From Minisyncoccota bacterium (GTDB lineage: Bacteria; Patescibacteriota; Minisyncoccia; Phycocordibacterales; JBAYLF01): a stretch of 64,000 bases of DNA. A program made the position numbers and the translations under genes. Numbering within the stretch: position 1 is the first letter of the stretch; each line of letters starts with the position of its first letter. The notes beneath the pieces were generated by a model. That model saw nothing but the letters and a program-made list of their open reading frames with translations. It had not been told where the DNA came from and made no database searches. This document shows, piece after piece, positions 20,695 through 30,508 of the stretch. Location of the stretch: assembly GCA_041664205.1 (NCBI GenBank), contig JBAYLF010000001.1:67380-131379 (forward strand), written 5' to 3'.

Positions 20695-21303
20695 CTAACT
20701 TGGCTTTACGAGAATAAAACAATCCTCAACATCCATAGGTAATTTAAACCATGCTGTGGTTAATTTCCAATGGAACTTTAATCTTTCGTCCCAAATTCTA
20801 TTTACGCGAGGAATCTCATATTTTCTAGTCTTATTATTATTCCTAGAACCTGGGCTACAAAATAATTTTTTCTCATAATCTAGAGATGTCAGCCATCTGC
20901 CTTCAGGAAAACATTCTTTTTTAAGTTGCCACGCAAGAGTTAAACCTTGCATACCAACCAGAAGTGCTCCGTTCTTAATGAGAAAATCCAGACAATCATC
21001 TGTAGAAGTTTTTTCATCAACTTGCAAAATTTGAACAGAATATATTTTTCCAGGCTCAAGTTTATCACTTACATTCGAAAAATCTTCATCAGATATATTC
21101 CTCGGTATAAGAAATTTTTCACAAAATTCAGTATGTTTGCCTTTGGTTTTAGAAGCCTCTACACAAAATGAACTGACTTGTGTATTACTCACATAATCTG
21201 AAGGAATGGTTAAATAAAAACCTCCAATTAAACTAAATCTCGGATCCTCATGGATCAATGGTATGTTTAAAACTTTCGTATCTGTCGTTTCTGTCTTTGT
21301 CAT
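20695..21303 (-). CDS. Hypothetical protein, paralog of 19920-20537
   Basis: Same motifs as its paralog; upstream promoter block duplicated (20588-20630 vs 21360-21402). Confidence 0.8.
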   Translation of the reverse strand: MTKTETTDTKVLNIPLIHEDPRFSLIGGFYLTIPSDYVSNTQVSSFCVEASKTKGKHTEFCEKFLIPRNISDEDFSNVSDKLEPGKIYSVQILQVDEKTSTDDCLDFLIKNGALLVGMQGLTLAWQLKKECFPEGRWLTSLDYEKKLFCSPGSRNNNKTRKYEIPRVNRIWDERLKFHWKLTTAWFKLPMDVEDCFILVKPS

Positions 21304-21529
21304 ATTATTTTATTTTTCAATAATTACCACATTAATTTCATATCAAGGTGGCAATTCGTTCTGCGAGTAGTAATATCACACTTTTTTTAAGTTAGCAATA
21401 TTTATTTTGAAAAATTTTTAATTGTATATAAATATATTTTTTAAAACAATTCCAATATCATCCTAGATAGCCAAAGTAAAATCGTTCCACTCCTGTTGAA
21501 AAAAGACTAGTTTTTGCTACAATATTGGA

Positions 21530-22282
21530 ATGATTTCATGGTTTTTTAATGTTTTTTTCTATAAACCGCTATACAACGGCCTTATTTTTTTACTCTATAT
21601 TCTCCCTTCATGGGCTGATGTTGGTATTGCCATAGTTCTATTTACATGTCTTGTTAAACTCGCTCTCTTCCCTCTTTCTCAAAAATCGATCAAAACTCAA
21701 ATAAAAATGAAAGAAGTTGAACCAGAAATGGCTGCGATAAAAGAAAAGTTTAAAGATAATAAGGAAGAACAGGCTAGACAAATGATGGAAATTTATAAAA
21801 ATAAAAAAATAAATCCATTTTCAGGCATCCTTGTTCTTTTTCTTCAAATTCCTATAATTTTAGCCTTATATTTTATATTTTTCCAAGGAGGTCTCCCTAT
21901 AATCGATTCGGGCATGCTATATAATTTCATTCCAAAGCCAGAGTTCGTTAATATGAATTTTCTTGGTATTTTGGATGTATCAAAAAAAAGTGCTATACTG
22001 GCATTCCTAGCGGGTATAACACAATATATGCAAGCTAGATTGATGCCTTCACCACAGAAAAAACCAGGTGTTGAATCAACTTTCCAAGACGATTTAGCAA
22101 GAAGTATGAATTTGCAAATGAAATATGTGTTTCCTGTGATAATTTTCATGATTGCATGGAATATTTCAGGAGCAGTTGCGCTTTATTGGGCAACAAGCAA
22201 CTTATTTATGGTTGGACAAGAACTTTATGTAAGAAGAAAGTTTAAAAAAGATCAAAATAATAGCCAACCTGCAGTAATTTAA
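21530..22282 (+). CDS. yidC: Membrane protein insertase YidC/Oxa1 (short form)
   Basis: AIVLFTCLVKLALFPL, MMEIYK..INPFSG, LQIPII, ALYWATSNLF..QE. Confidence 0.93.
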   Translation: MISWFFNVFFYKPLYNGLIFLLYILPSWADVGIAIVLFTCLVKLALFPLSQKSIKTQIKMKEVEPEMAAIKEKFKDNKEEQARQMMEIYKNKKINPFSGILVLFLQIPIILALYFIFFQGGLPIIDSGMLYNFIPKPEFVNMNFLGILDVSKKSAILAFLAGITQYMQARLMPSPQKKPGVESTFQDDLARSMNLQMKYVFPVIIFMIAWNISGAVALYWATSNLFMVGQELYVRRKFKKDQNNSQPAVI

Positions 22283-22285
22283 AAC

Positions 22286-22786
22286 ATGGAAAACGAACAA
22301 ATAAAAAATTTAATAAATGATTTACTAAACAAAATGACGATATCTGTCGATTCTATTGAATTTTTAGAAGACGGATTCGGCGGTAAAACCCGCATTTTAA
22401 TACACACAAGAGACTCAAGATTGTTAATCGGAAAAGGTGGAGAAAATCTCTTCTCTTTATCCCATATAATCAACAAAATAATTCATAAAGGTCAGGGGGT
22501 TCAAGATGATCCAGAAAAAGAAGAGAAAAGATTCATTATTGATGTAAATAACTACCAAAACAATCTTGTTCAAGAATTAAAAGTAAAAACAATGATCTTG
22601 GCAGATCGCGCTCGATCTTTCAGAAAAGATATCGAGCTTGAACCAATGTCTTCTTATGAACGCATGATAATCCATACTTTTTTTGAAAATGATTCTACAA
22701 TCAAAACTCAATCAAAAGGAGAAGGTAGGGATAGAAGAGTTGTTCTCTGTTACAACGAAGAATTTAATGATCTAGAAAGAATTTAA
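22286..22786 (+). CDS. jag: Jag/EloR-like KH plus R3H RNA-binding protein
   Basis: LLIGKGGE (KH), IDVNNY, LEPMSSYERMIIH (R3H), GEGRDRRVV; follows yidC. Confidence 0.9.
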   Translation: MENEQIKNLINDLLNKMTISVDSIEFLEDGFGGKTRILIHTRDSRLLIGKGGENLFSLSHIINKIIHKGQGVQDDPEKEEKRFIIDVNNYQNNLVQELKVKTMILADRARSFRKDIELEPMSSYERMIIHTFFENDSTIKTQSKGEGRDRRVVLCYNEEFNDLERI

Positions 22787-22788
22787 AG

Positions 22789-22832
22789 TTAAAACAAAAA
22801 ACTCCAGCAAAAGCTGGAGTTTTTTGTTTTAA
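22789..22832. terminator. Bidirectional terminator between jag and the T4SS-like cluster
   Basis: TTAAAACAAAAAACTCCAGC..GCTGGAGTTTTTTGTTTTAA. Confidence 0.8.
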
Positions 22833-22846
22833 AATTCAATTAAATT

Positions 22847-24145
22847 TTAGTTCAATTTTAGACTCCATAATATAGAATCTTTTTTGTTTGTAAAAAATAG
22901 ATACGTTTCGCTATCATTCAAGAAAAGACTTACGGCATCAATATTTTTTGAGTTTTCAGTTACTGGACTTGAAACTATCTTAAATACTGAATTATTTAGA
23001 TTTATTTTCCATAATTCATCTGTAAAAGTTACAGAACCTTGATACCAATCATCAGGATATAATGCTTTAGGAATCTCTCTTGGAATTGCACAATACAAAG
23101 TTGCTGTTTCTTTTTTACTCCAAACGCATTTTTCTGGAAGAGTTGTAATTGTAAGCGACTCGTCTTTACCACTTTTCATAATTCGATGATAAAGAGAGAA
23201 AGTATCTCCTTGCGAAACAGAAAATATTATATGAGCAAGATCTGGCGAAACAAGCGAAGTCATACCATTTATATTGCCGATTTGTTTTTCAAATGTGCTT
23301 TTACCTTTACTTAGAAAGAATAAGAAACCAGGAACAGACGCTGAAGGTTTTGTTTGAAAAGCAACTATATCAGTTTGTGGCCATGATATTAACCAGCTCT
23401 TTATCGCTGATTGAAAAAATCCTTGTTTTTTTGTTCCATCAGGTTTTGAACTTACTCCTTGAGAACTATCTGAAGTTTCTTGAAGATAAAAAATCATATC
23501 TTTAAGCGGAGAAAGTGCAATTTCTTTTATATCTTGAGTAAGAAAATTACCATTTAATTCTTTTTCTGTGACCTGTTCTCCCGGCTGAGTGCTTTGAGGT
23601 GTTGTGCTCGCCTTTATACTGGTAGGTTGGAGTTTAGCATAAAAAGTATCTACTGATTCGGTATTATCTTTATTGTAACGGATTAGAACTGCTTCTCCTT
23701 TTTCCACCCATTTCGCTTCATAAATTTTAGGAATTGTTGTATTAGATATTTCTTTTATTTCTGGATAATTAGTTTGCGCTTCAAAAACATGACCTGTTGA
23801 TTTTTCCATAAAACGAACAAGATCATTATCATTTGTCTTTTTTATAGTTATTGCGCCAGCGATTGCAGTATTTGATATCTGTCTAAGTCTTGGAAGAGTA
23901 GTTGTTCCATTTTGATACGTTGGAGAAGTATTATTATTCTGATTCTGGGATGATTGATAGTTATTTTGCGTATTAGTATTGCTACTATTATTTGTTGACC
24001 CAAATGGATCAAACTCACTATTTAAAGGATTAAGCTGGCTTATATTTCCTCCTTGATTTAAAAATAGATAATAGAAAATAATAAGACCACCAATCAGAAC
24101 TATTAGAAAAATTATTATTGTTAGAGCTGTTGTTTTCTTAGACAT
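22847..24145 (-). CDS. Membrane-anchored extracellular protein, probably beta-propeller-like
   Basis: N-terminal TM, N/S/Q-rich linker, TTLPEKCVW..LYCAIP..YPDDWYQG. Confidence 0.7.
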   Translation of the reverse strand: MSKKTTALTIIIFLIVLIGGLIIFYYLFLNQGGNISQLNPLNSEFDPFGSTNNSSNTNTQNNYQSSQNQNNNTSPTYQNGTTTLPRLRQISNTAIAGAITIKKTNDNDLVRFMEKSTGHVFEAQTNYPEIKEISNTTIPKIYEAKWVEKGEAVLIRYNKDNTESVDTFYAKLQPTSIKASTTPQSTQPGEQVTEKELNGNFLTQDIKEIALSPLKDMIFYLQETSDSSQGVSSKPDGTKKQGFFQSAIKSWLISWPQTDIVAFQTKPSASVPGFLFFLSKGKSTFEKQIGNINGMTSLVSPDLAHIIFSVSQGDTFSLYHRIMKSGKDESLTITTLPEKCVWSKKETATLYCAIPREIPKALYPDDWYQGSVTFTDELWKINLNNSVFKIVSSPVTENSKNIDAVSLFLNDSETYLFFTNKKDSILWSLKLN

Positions 24146-24249
24146 AGTTATATTTTAAAACAATAAGTAGGGTTTGTTTAGTGTATAACTTTATTTTTAC
24201 ATCAAACAAAATACTTCTATCAATACCCGAAAAAACCGCTTAATTAATA

Positions 24250-24684
24250 TTAATTTGAAGTTGAACCCCCCGAGTTTGTATTAACTTGTTGAATATCAAG
24301 AGAAAAAGTAACCAACTTAGGATTTATCGTATACAAAACCATGTATGAAGTCAGCGCAAGTAAAAGTCCGAGCAATGCATAAGTAACTTTACTCTTTCCT
24401 TCTTCCTTACCTGTAAATGAATCTGTAGACATATACTGTGCGCCACCAAGTATGATCATAATTAATGCAAGAAATATAGCGGTAGCAACTCCAACTTTAT
24501 AAAGAACATTTAAATATGCTACGAAACCTCCGCCTGTATATTCGGCGCCTTGAAGTTTAAAGTCAGCAAGAGGAACATATTCAGTAGAAGAGTTTCCAGT
24601 AGTATCCTCAGCAAATGCACAAAAAGGCAAAAATATCCCTATAAGCAAAAAAATCATTGATATGCCAACTATGTATTTCTTCAT
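24250..24684 (-). CDS. VirB2/TrbC-like pilin (CPR type)
   Basis: Signal peptide, hydrophobic hairpin LALIMIILGGAQYM..KEEGKSKVTYALLGLLLAL..LYTINP. Confidence 0.75.
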   Translation of the reverse strand: MKKYIVGISMIFLLIGIFLPFCAFAEDTTGNSSTEYVPLADFKLQGAEYTGGGFVAYLNVLYKVGVATAIFLALIMIILGGAQYMSTDSFTGKEEGKSKVTYALLGLLLALTSYMVLYTINPKLVTFSLDIQQVNTNSGGSTSN

Positions 24685-24719
24685 GTATTAATTAATTTAT
24701 TCTTTAATTAAAGTTAAAC

Positions 24720-25904
24720 TTATAATCCAAAAGTAGCTTGGCCATTTGGACTAAACTTCAGCGAAAAAGACGATTCGGCTGATTGGAATGTTTTAGAAAG
24801 ACTTTTTACAAAAACATCAATTGCTGAAGCTCCTTCCTTACTGTCAGCATTTCTGAATAAAATGTTTCCACTATTGTTTCCAGTAATATCTTGCTTGTTC
24901 ATTTGCCATCTATATTTAAGTGTCGAATCATTTCTGTTTGTGACACTAAAAAAGTAAGGTATTGCAACAAATTTCATTTCTTTACCTGTAAGTGATGTTT
25001 CTTTTTGTATCTTATTGTTATAAAGAATTCCAAAAAGCGGACTATTTTCATATATCGCAATTTTAGGTTGGCTATTAGAAGGATCGAAAAACACAGACCT
25101 CTCGGCAGATAAACTTCCCCCCATAGATTTTGCAACAACTTTTATTGTTGTAGGTCTTGTTATTGGGGTTGTATTAAAAACAAAAACATTTTTTCCATAA
25201 CCAGATGCTCCACTAACAACCGAGCCATTCTGTGACCAAGTGTATATAAGATTATTAGGATCAAGACGTTTGCCTCCATAAATAAAATTAGGAAAAGCAA
25301 CTATTGTTACACTGCTTTCTATCGTAAAAAGCGCTTTCCCAGAATAAAAAGGAGGGGTATAAGTATTCGCATCCCAGATCAAATCAACTTCTGCTGGTAT
25401 AAATGAAAGAACTTTCTTAACATAATTTCCATCATTTGTTGTAACTTCTACACTAACAACACTTTCCTTCCCCAATCCACCTGTAGTAAAACCGAAACTT
25501 TTTTCACCGGTTCCGCTAAGTTCTGTTTTACCGTTAACTCTCCAAATAACTTCAGATCGATCTAGATCAAAAGAAAAACTTTGAAGTGTTATTGTTACAT
25601 CATCATATGCTTTTGGATTTTGAGGACTAGAAACAACGGTAAGATTTTCTACTGTCGTAGATTCTTGCTGAAGCGGAGTAAAATCGACTGGCTCATAAGG
25701 TGGAGTAACTAGTGGTGTATAGATATCTGTAGTAGATGTATCATCAGTAGAATCTGATACTAAATCTGCTTGAGCAAACTCAGGAGGCAAAGGAGTATCT
25801 ATTGTTTGTGCAAAAGTTATAAAAGGCAAAAAGAATAAGACGAGTAATAAAATTATTCCTGTTTTCAAAATGGCATTATTACTTTGTGATTTTATAAAAA
25901 CCAT
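24720..25904 (-). CDS. Secreted beta-rich (Ig-like) protein of the T4SS-like cluster
   Basis: Signal peptide; VDLIWDANTYTPPFYSGKAL, LIYTW, AIPYFFS. Confidence 0.7.
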   Translation of the reverse strand: MVFIKSQSNNAILKTGIILLLVLFFLPFITFAQTIDTPLPPEFAQADLVSDSTDDTSTTDIYTPLVTPPYEPVDFTPLQQESTTVENLTVVSSPQNPKAYDDVTITLQSFSFDLDRSEVIWRVNGKTELSGTGEKSFGFTTGGLGKESVVSVEVTTNDGNYVKKVLSFIPAEVDLIWDANTYTPPFYSGKALFTIESSVTIVAFPNFIYGGKRLDPNNLIYTWSQNGSVVSGASGYGKNVFVFNTTPITRPTTIKVVAKSMGGSLSAERSVFFDPSNSQPKIAIYENSPLFGILYNNKIQKETSLTGKEMKFVAIPYFFSVTNRNDSTLKYRWQMNKQDITGNNSGNILFRNADSKEGASAIDVFVKSLSKTFQSAESSFSLKFSPNGQATFGL

Positions 25905-25931
25905 TATTTATTTTTGAATTAACTTAATAAA

Positions 25932-26438
25932 TTATTTTATTGGAAGCGATCTTGTTTTTGTAGTATTTATTTTTTGAACACTTTTACCTTTTGGAATTGC
26001 AGAGCCTCTGGCAACATTTTGTTTTTTTGGTGTGGCTTGATTTCTATTTCTTGAATAGCGAGATGATACATTTCCACTACTGATCATACTATTATTATAC
26101 TCTGCATCTTCTTCTCTAACAATTTTAGTAACTCTCCAAACCATAAAAGTATAATCTGGAATGAATGCACCAACTTCAGGAATAGCACTAACTACTGCAG
26201 AAATTATAAAAGTTCTTGCTTTCTTAGCTTCCCATATCGATATTGATTTTGATGCAAACCATAATCCAAATAATGAATAACCTAATAAATCAATAATGAG
26301 TCCGAATATCCAACCGATAACAGGAATCAACTCTATAAGATTCAAAATATCAAAAAATATTGCTGTTCCAATCATTAGGTCATAATCAATACCTGAAATT
26401 CTTTCCCTTGGTGTTGTATTTGTTCTTACGCCATCCAT
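25932..26438 (-). CDS. Small membrane protein of the T4SS-like cluster
   Basis: Several hydrophobic segments and a basic tail; abuts virB4. Confidence 0.65.
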   Translation of the reverse strand: MDGVRTNTTPRERISGIDYDLMIGTAIFFDILNLIELIPVIGWIFGLIIDLLGYSLFGLWFASKSISIWEAKKARTFIISAVVSAIPEVGAFIPDYTFMVWRVTKIVREEDAEYNNSMISSGNVSSRYSRNRNQATPKKQNVARGSAIPKGKSVQKINTTKTRSLPIK

Positions 26439-26440
26439 AT

Positions 26441-28330
26441 TTATTTTTTCGTTACAGCTTCTTCATCTTTTCCTTGACCTGCACTTTCAGAAGCCTGCTG
26501 AGCTGCTTCCATTTGTTTGCGATCATCTTTTGCCTTTCTTATTGCCAAAAGCTGTGAAGGGTCTGAAGTAATGATCTGATCTTCTGTATAAGATGAAATA
26601 ACTTTGATAGCTACATGCTTCATTCCAGCGAAAAATATTCCCTCCCCTACGTCAGATTCAAGCAAAAGATATTTTTCCTCTTCTGTAAGATTAAATGTTC
26701 TTTGAATATTATCTATTGATGATGGCGACTGCTTCAATAAAAGCTGAATGGATGAGTTCGTAATAATAGGAAGACCGTATGGCGATTTCAAAAAGTCATC
26801 AACATCCTGCGTAATAGTAGCAAGGCCAAGATAATATTTTCTTCCTCTTTTTGCCAAAGAAAGCAAGAATGATGCAGTATCTTCGGATTTCATCATCCAC
26901 CAAGCCTCGTCAATAACCAGCAATCGTTTCTTTAGTTCTTTTCTAATGGCATTCCATATAAAGTGCGTAACAATATACATAGCAACTGGTTTCAATTCGT
27001 CTTCCATGTCTCTAATAGAGAACACTACGAATTTTTTGTTTATATCAACGTTTGTTGGTTGGTTAATGAAACCTGACCATGTTCCTTTAGTATATTTTGC
27101 AAGTTTTGCAACAAGCGACTCGGCGCCGTCCATACCAGCAAGTACTAATTCAAAGTCAGAAAGAAGTGGTGGTTCGAGATTAGCAAAATCAGATTCCGCA
27201 GTAATGTCTTTAAGTGCATAAGTTTCGGTAATAGCTCGGTCAATAATAGAATCTTCTTCAGGAGTAAGTCCTCCAAGCATAATACGAAAAAGTCCTACAA
27301 GGTTAACGATGTTTGAACGCAAAACATCTGATGGCGATTCATCTTCTCTTGGCATTGGAAGATCAAAAGGATTTATATGATGTTCTGATGTAAGAGATAT
27401 CTTAAAATATCTACCTCCTGTTGCTTCCGCGAGATATTCGTACTCTCTTTCAGGGTCAATCACAAGAACATCGGAATCAAACATCAGTGTTCTTATAATC
27501 TCAAGTTTTGTTGTGTATGATTTTCCCGCTCCAGCTTTTGCAAAAGTTACAGAGTTATAGTTTTCAAGAGAAAATCTATCAAAAAGAATAAGACTTGAAT
27601 TGTGACGATTTATTCCATAAAGAATACCTTTATCCGAAGTAAGGTCAAAAGAAATAAATGGGAAAAGACTTGAAAGAGGCGACGAATTTAATTTCGAGTG
27701 AACATTTAAAAGATCGGTAGCTATTGGTATAACACTTTTAAATCCTTGCTCCTGCTGGAAAAGAGCTGGTTTTACGTAAACTAAACGAGCCTCAAGGATT
27801 GATTTAATCTCTGATTCTACCTTATCAATCTCTGCTTCATTATCACCATATATAGAAATATATAATCCGACATCAAAAATTCTCTCTTGCGCTCTTTGAA
27901 GATCATCTCGAAGTCTTTCGAGATCTTGATATGCTGTGTCCAACATCGGATCGCGAACAACTCCTTTTTCTTCTCTTGTATGTATCTGACTTTGAACCTC
28001 GGCCACTTTTTTCTGGAACTGTCTCAAAACAGTTGAAGTATCTATAGGATGAACAAAAATTGAAATATCATAAACTTTATCCAAGTTTATAATAGGAGCA
28101 AACCAATTATCAGAAAGAAAACGCGGATATGAAATAACGTAAAAGGTACGAACAATTTTATCGCCAAGATTTAATTCTTTTGATGTAATCTTAAGAGCTG
28201 ATGGCGCAATAACATCCTTGAGCTCTAAAACTCCAGTGTCATAAATTTCTTGAGGTAAAAATGAACTGATGTCAGTTGTTTTTTTCTCTTCTTTTTTTGT
28301 TTTACCGAAAAGATCGTCTAATAAAGACAT
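26441..28330 (-). CDS. VirB4/TraC-like conjugation-type ATPase
   Basis: YGIN..FDRF..NYN, Walker A AKAGAGKS, VIDPEREY, INPFD, Walker B LVIDEAW, KRGRKY..TQDVDDF. Confidence 0.92.
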   Translation of the reverse strand: MSLLDDLFGKTKKEEKKTTDISSFLPQEIYDTGVLELKDVIAPSALKITSKELNLGDKIVRTFYVISYPRFLSDNWFAPIINLDKVYDISIFVHPIDTSTVLRQFQKKVAEVQSQIHTREEKGVVRDPMLDTAYQDLERLRDDLQRAQERIFDVGLYISIYGDNEAEIDKVESEIKSILEARLVYVKPALFQQEQGFKSVIPIATDLLNVHSKLNSSPLSSLFPFISFDLTSDKGILYGINRHNSSLILFDRFSLENYNSVTFAKAGAGKSYTTKLEIIRTLMFDSDVLVIDPEREYEYLAEATGGRYFKISLTSEHHINPFDLPMPREDESPSDVLRSNIVNLVGLFRIMLGGLTPEEDSIIDRAITETYALKDITAESDFANLEPPLLSDFELVLAGMDGAESLVAKLAKYTKGTWSGFINQPTNVDINKKFVVFSIRDMEDELKPVAMYIVTHFIWNAIRKELKKRLLVIDEAWWMMKSEDTASFLLSLAKRGRKYYLGLATITQDVDDFLKSPYGLPIITNSSIQLLLKQSPSSIDNIQRTFNLTEEEKYLLLESDVGEGIFFAGMKHVAIKVISSYTEDQIITSDPSQLLAIRKAKDDRKQMEAAQQASESAGQGKDEEAVTKK

Positions 28331-28356
28331 ATGATTTTAATTAAATTTCTTAGTGA

Positions 28357-29019
28357 TTACTCTAATTGAATAGGTTTCTCCATTTCTCCAGGATTAAATA
28401 ATTTATAAAATAACTCGATTATTTCTTCCGTTCCTAATTGAACGACTCTTACACCACAACGAACAAGTCCTTGCTCTACTACTGATATACGCTGTTCTAA
28501 TTGAGTTCGATGTTCTTCAAAATCAAAACTCTGGTCGGCTTTTTTAGAAGTAGGTTTGTCTTTCTGTGGAAGTATTCCTCCAAATGTTGATTTTTTTATA
28601 TTCAAAATTGCTGGACTGTATGGAATAACAATGAAAAAACTTTTTGTCATAATGTTCGTGCTTTCTGTAAAAGTTCTGATGAATTCTATATACTCACCTG
28701 TTTGAATTTTCATTAGATCTGAAACCTGATCTTTAAGCCTGTTTTCCAAAAGAGCAATGTAAGGTCTAATATCAAGTTTTCTTGATTCTGCAAATATTTG
28801 TATTGAAAAATTAACTGAGTTAAGAAAATTCTGAAACTGCAATATAATAGCGTTCTGCTCATCTTCTGACTTCAATGCAAAGTTTAATGATGATGTCATA
28901 ACAATTGCCCTTAAAGATCCGTCTTTAAGCACTACAATACCGTCTCGGATTTCTTTCATTGGAATAAAATCCTGTGTTGCTTTTGCGTTTTGAGTATTTT
29001 GTGTATTTGGTGCGACCAT
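28357..29019 (-). CDS. TraC N-terminal-like partner of VirB4
   Basis: EIRDGIVVLKDG, SLNFALKSEDEQ..FQNFLNS, KSFFIVIPY; between prgI and virB4. Confidence 0.75.
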   Translation of the reverse strand: MVAPNTQNTQNAKATQDFIPMKEIRDGIVVLKDGSLRAIVMTSSLNFALKSEDEQNAIILQFQNFLNSVNFSIQIFAESRKLDIRPYIALLENRLKDQVSDLMKIQTGEYIEFIRTFTESTNIMTKSFFIVIPYSPAILNIKKSTFGGILPQKDKPTSKKADQSFDFEEHRTQLEQRISVVEQGLVRCGVRVVQLGTEEIIELFYKLFNPGEMEKPIQLE

Positions 29020-29046
29020 TTAATATTTTTGTTTAAATTGAAATTT

Positions 29047-29487
29047 TTAAAATTTAATCGAATTTTTTTCTTTAATTTCTTTACTTACTCCGCTTAAGTT
29101 TTCATTAATATCTAAACTCCATGTAAGCTCTTTTAATTTACTTTCGGAAAGTTTAGGAATTCTTAAGGAGGATTTTGCTTGTGCTTCTTCTTTTTTAAGT
29201 GTTTTCTTTTCTTCTTTCTTCCAAAGATATAATCTTGATCCTAAATAATATCTAATTGCAGACTCGACGACGAAAATAAAAGGTTTGTTGTTAATTTTAA
29301 TAAACGCTAGAGCAAAAGAAAATCCAAGAACGGGCGCAATAATTAAAAGTGCTGCATAAAATGGCAACAATTTATAAACAATAAATGCAATACCTAGACC
29401 TCCCCCCATATAAACAAATTGTTTAAATGTAAATGGTCCAATTATTTTGTCTTCTATTTCAATGAATTGTGGAACTTGATAACGCAT
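29047..29487 (-). CDS. PrgI family (VirB3-like) protein
   Basis: YQVPQFIEIEDKIIGPFTFKQF, two TM helices, LYLWKK. Confidence 0.85.
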   Translation of the reverse strand: MRYQVPQFIEIEDKIIGPFTFKQFVYMGGGLGIAFIVYKLLPFYAALLIIAPVLGFSFALAFIKINNKPFIFVVESAIRYYLGSRLYLWKKEEKKTLKKEEAQAKSSLRIPKLSESKLKELTWSLDINENLSGVSKEIKEKNSIKF

Positions 29488-29534
29488 GATATTTTTCAAT
29501 TTTTACTCCATTCTTATCACTACTATTTACTTTT

Positions 29535-29609
29535 CTGTCATTCCCGCGAAGGCGGGAATCCAGTCTTCATCTTCTCTACTCTGGATTCCCGCCTTCGCGG
29601 GAATGACAG
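29535..29609. repeat. dRS3/REP-like palindromic element, copy 1
   Basis: Perfect 29-bp inverted repeat CTGTCATTCCCGCGAAGGCGGGAATCCAG with a 17-bp spacer; each arm contains ATTCCC-N8-GGGAAT. Confidence 0.9.
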
Positions 29610-29649
29610 TGTTGAAGACTTCACAACTTTAAACACTCTTACCCTACAA

Positions 29650-30489
29650 CTAACTCAGTGGCTCCTTATAAGGATCTGTAACGTTAGAATCTTTTTTAAT
29701 CTCTGTCTTCATAACCATTTTCTGTGGCTCTTTTATAATTTTTTCTTCCTTTTGTGATACCACAATGTCATTTAACTTTGCTTCATGAATAGAAAGTAAT
29801 GGTTTGGAAACAGGCGCTTCAATCTCTGGAATATTTAGATCCTGAACTGGTTTTACCGGAACTGCGACAGAATTAGCAACAACTGCAGAACTTATTGGTT
29901 TTTTATCAACGATAACCATTTCCTGTTTTTTATCTTTTGATTCCATAAACATTGTCTGCTTTTGCACATTTGTATCTGTTTTTGAAGTTATAGTTGATGG
30001 ATTTTCAATTTCTTTTAAAAGATCGTCTTTTGACATTTTTTCAAAATCTTCTTCTTTAATTTCCTTAATTGGTGTTGTTGAAACTGTAGGATTTTCTTCC
30101 ATTACTTCAATTTGACTCTCTTGATCTTCAGCTTGCTGTTTTTTTAATTCTTCTTGATAAGCAGTTTCTTCGTCATCGTGCATTTTTATCAACGATTGGC
30201 GTATAGTTTTAAAAATTTGATCATTCACATCAGCAGCTATAGCCTCAGCCTGCCCTGTGCTCATAAGAAGATCGTCTCTTACATCCTTAACAAAATCCTC
30301 TGGATGAGAAATTCCAACCATTACAAGCATCGTGTCAGTTTCAAGCTGATCAATTTGATCTAAGTGCAACGCATGCTTCTTTGAAATTCCTTGAAGAATT
30401 TCTTTAGTGTTTAAAGAAACAATTGCTTGTTTGATGTCTTTTGGAAGACGCTCAAGACTTTGTTTTAATATTTGTTCTGTTTCGTCCAT
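29650..30489 (-). CDS. Hypothetical protein of the T4SS-like cluster (start MDETEQ, 30489)
   Basis: Helical N-domain (LHLDQ..LVMVG..IFKTIRQSL), low-complexity linker, C-terminal DPYKEP. Confidence 0.7.
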   Translation of the reverse strand: MDETEQILKQSLERLPKDIKQAIVSLNTKEILQGISKKHALHLDQIDQLETDTMLVMVGISHPEDFVKDVRDDLLMSTGQAEAIAADVNDQIFKTIRQSLIKMHDDEETAYQEELKKQQAEDQESQIEVMEENPTVSTTPIKEIKEEDFEKMSKDDLLKEIENPSTITSKTDTNVQKQTMFMESKDKKQEMVIVDKKPISSAVVANSVAVPVKPVQDLNIPEIEAPVSKPLLSIHEAKLNDIVVSQKEEKIIKEPQKMVMKTEIKKDSNVTDPYKEPLS

Positions 30490-30508
30490 ATTTTTATTTT
30501 TAAATTTT

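Noticed and set aside
19920-21303. Diversity-generating retroelement TR/VR pair
   Set aside because: Both copies are full ORFs diverged at all bases along their length, not only at adenines, and no reverse transcriptase is present in the window.
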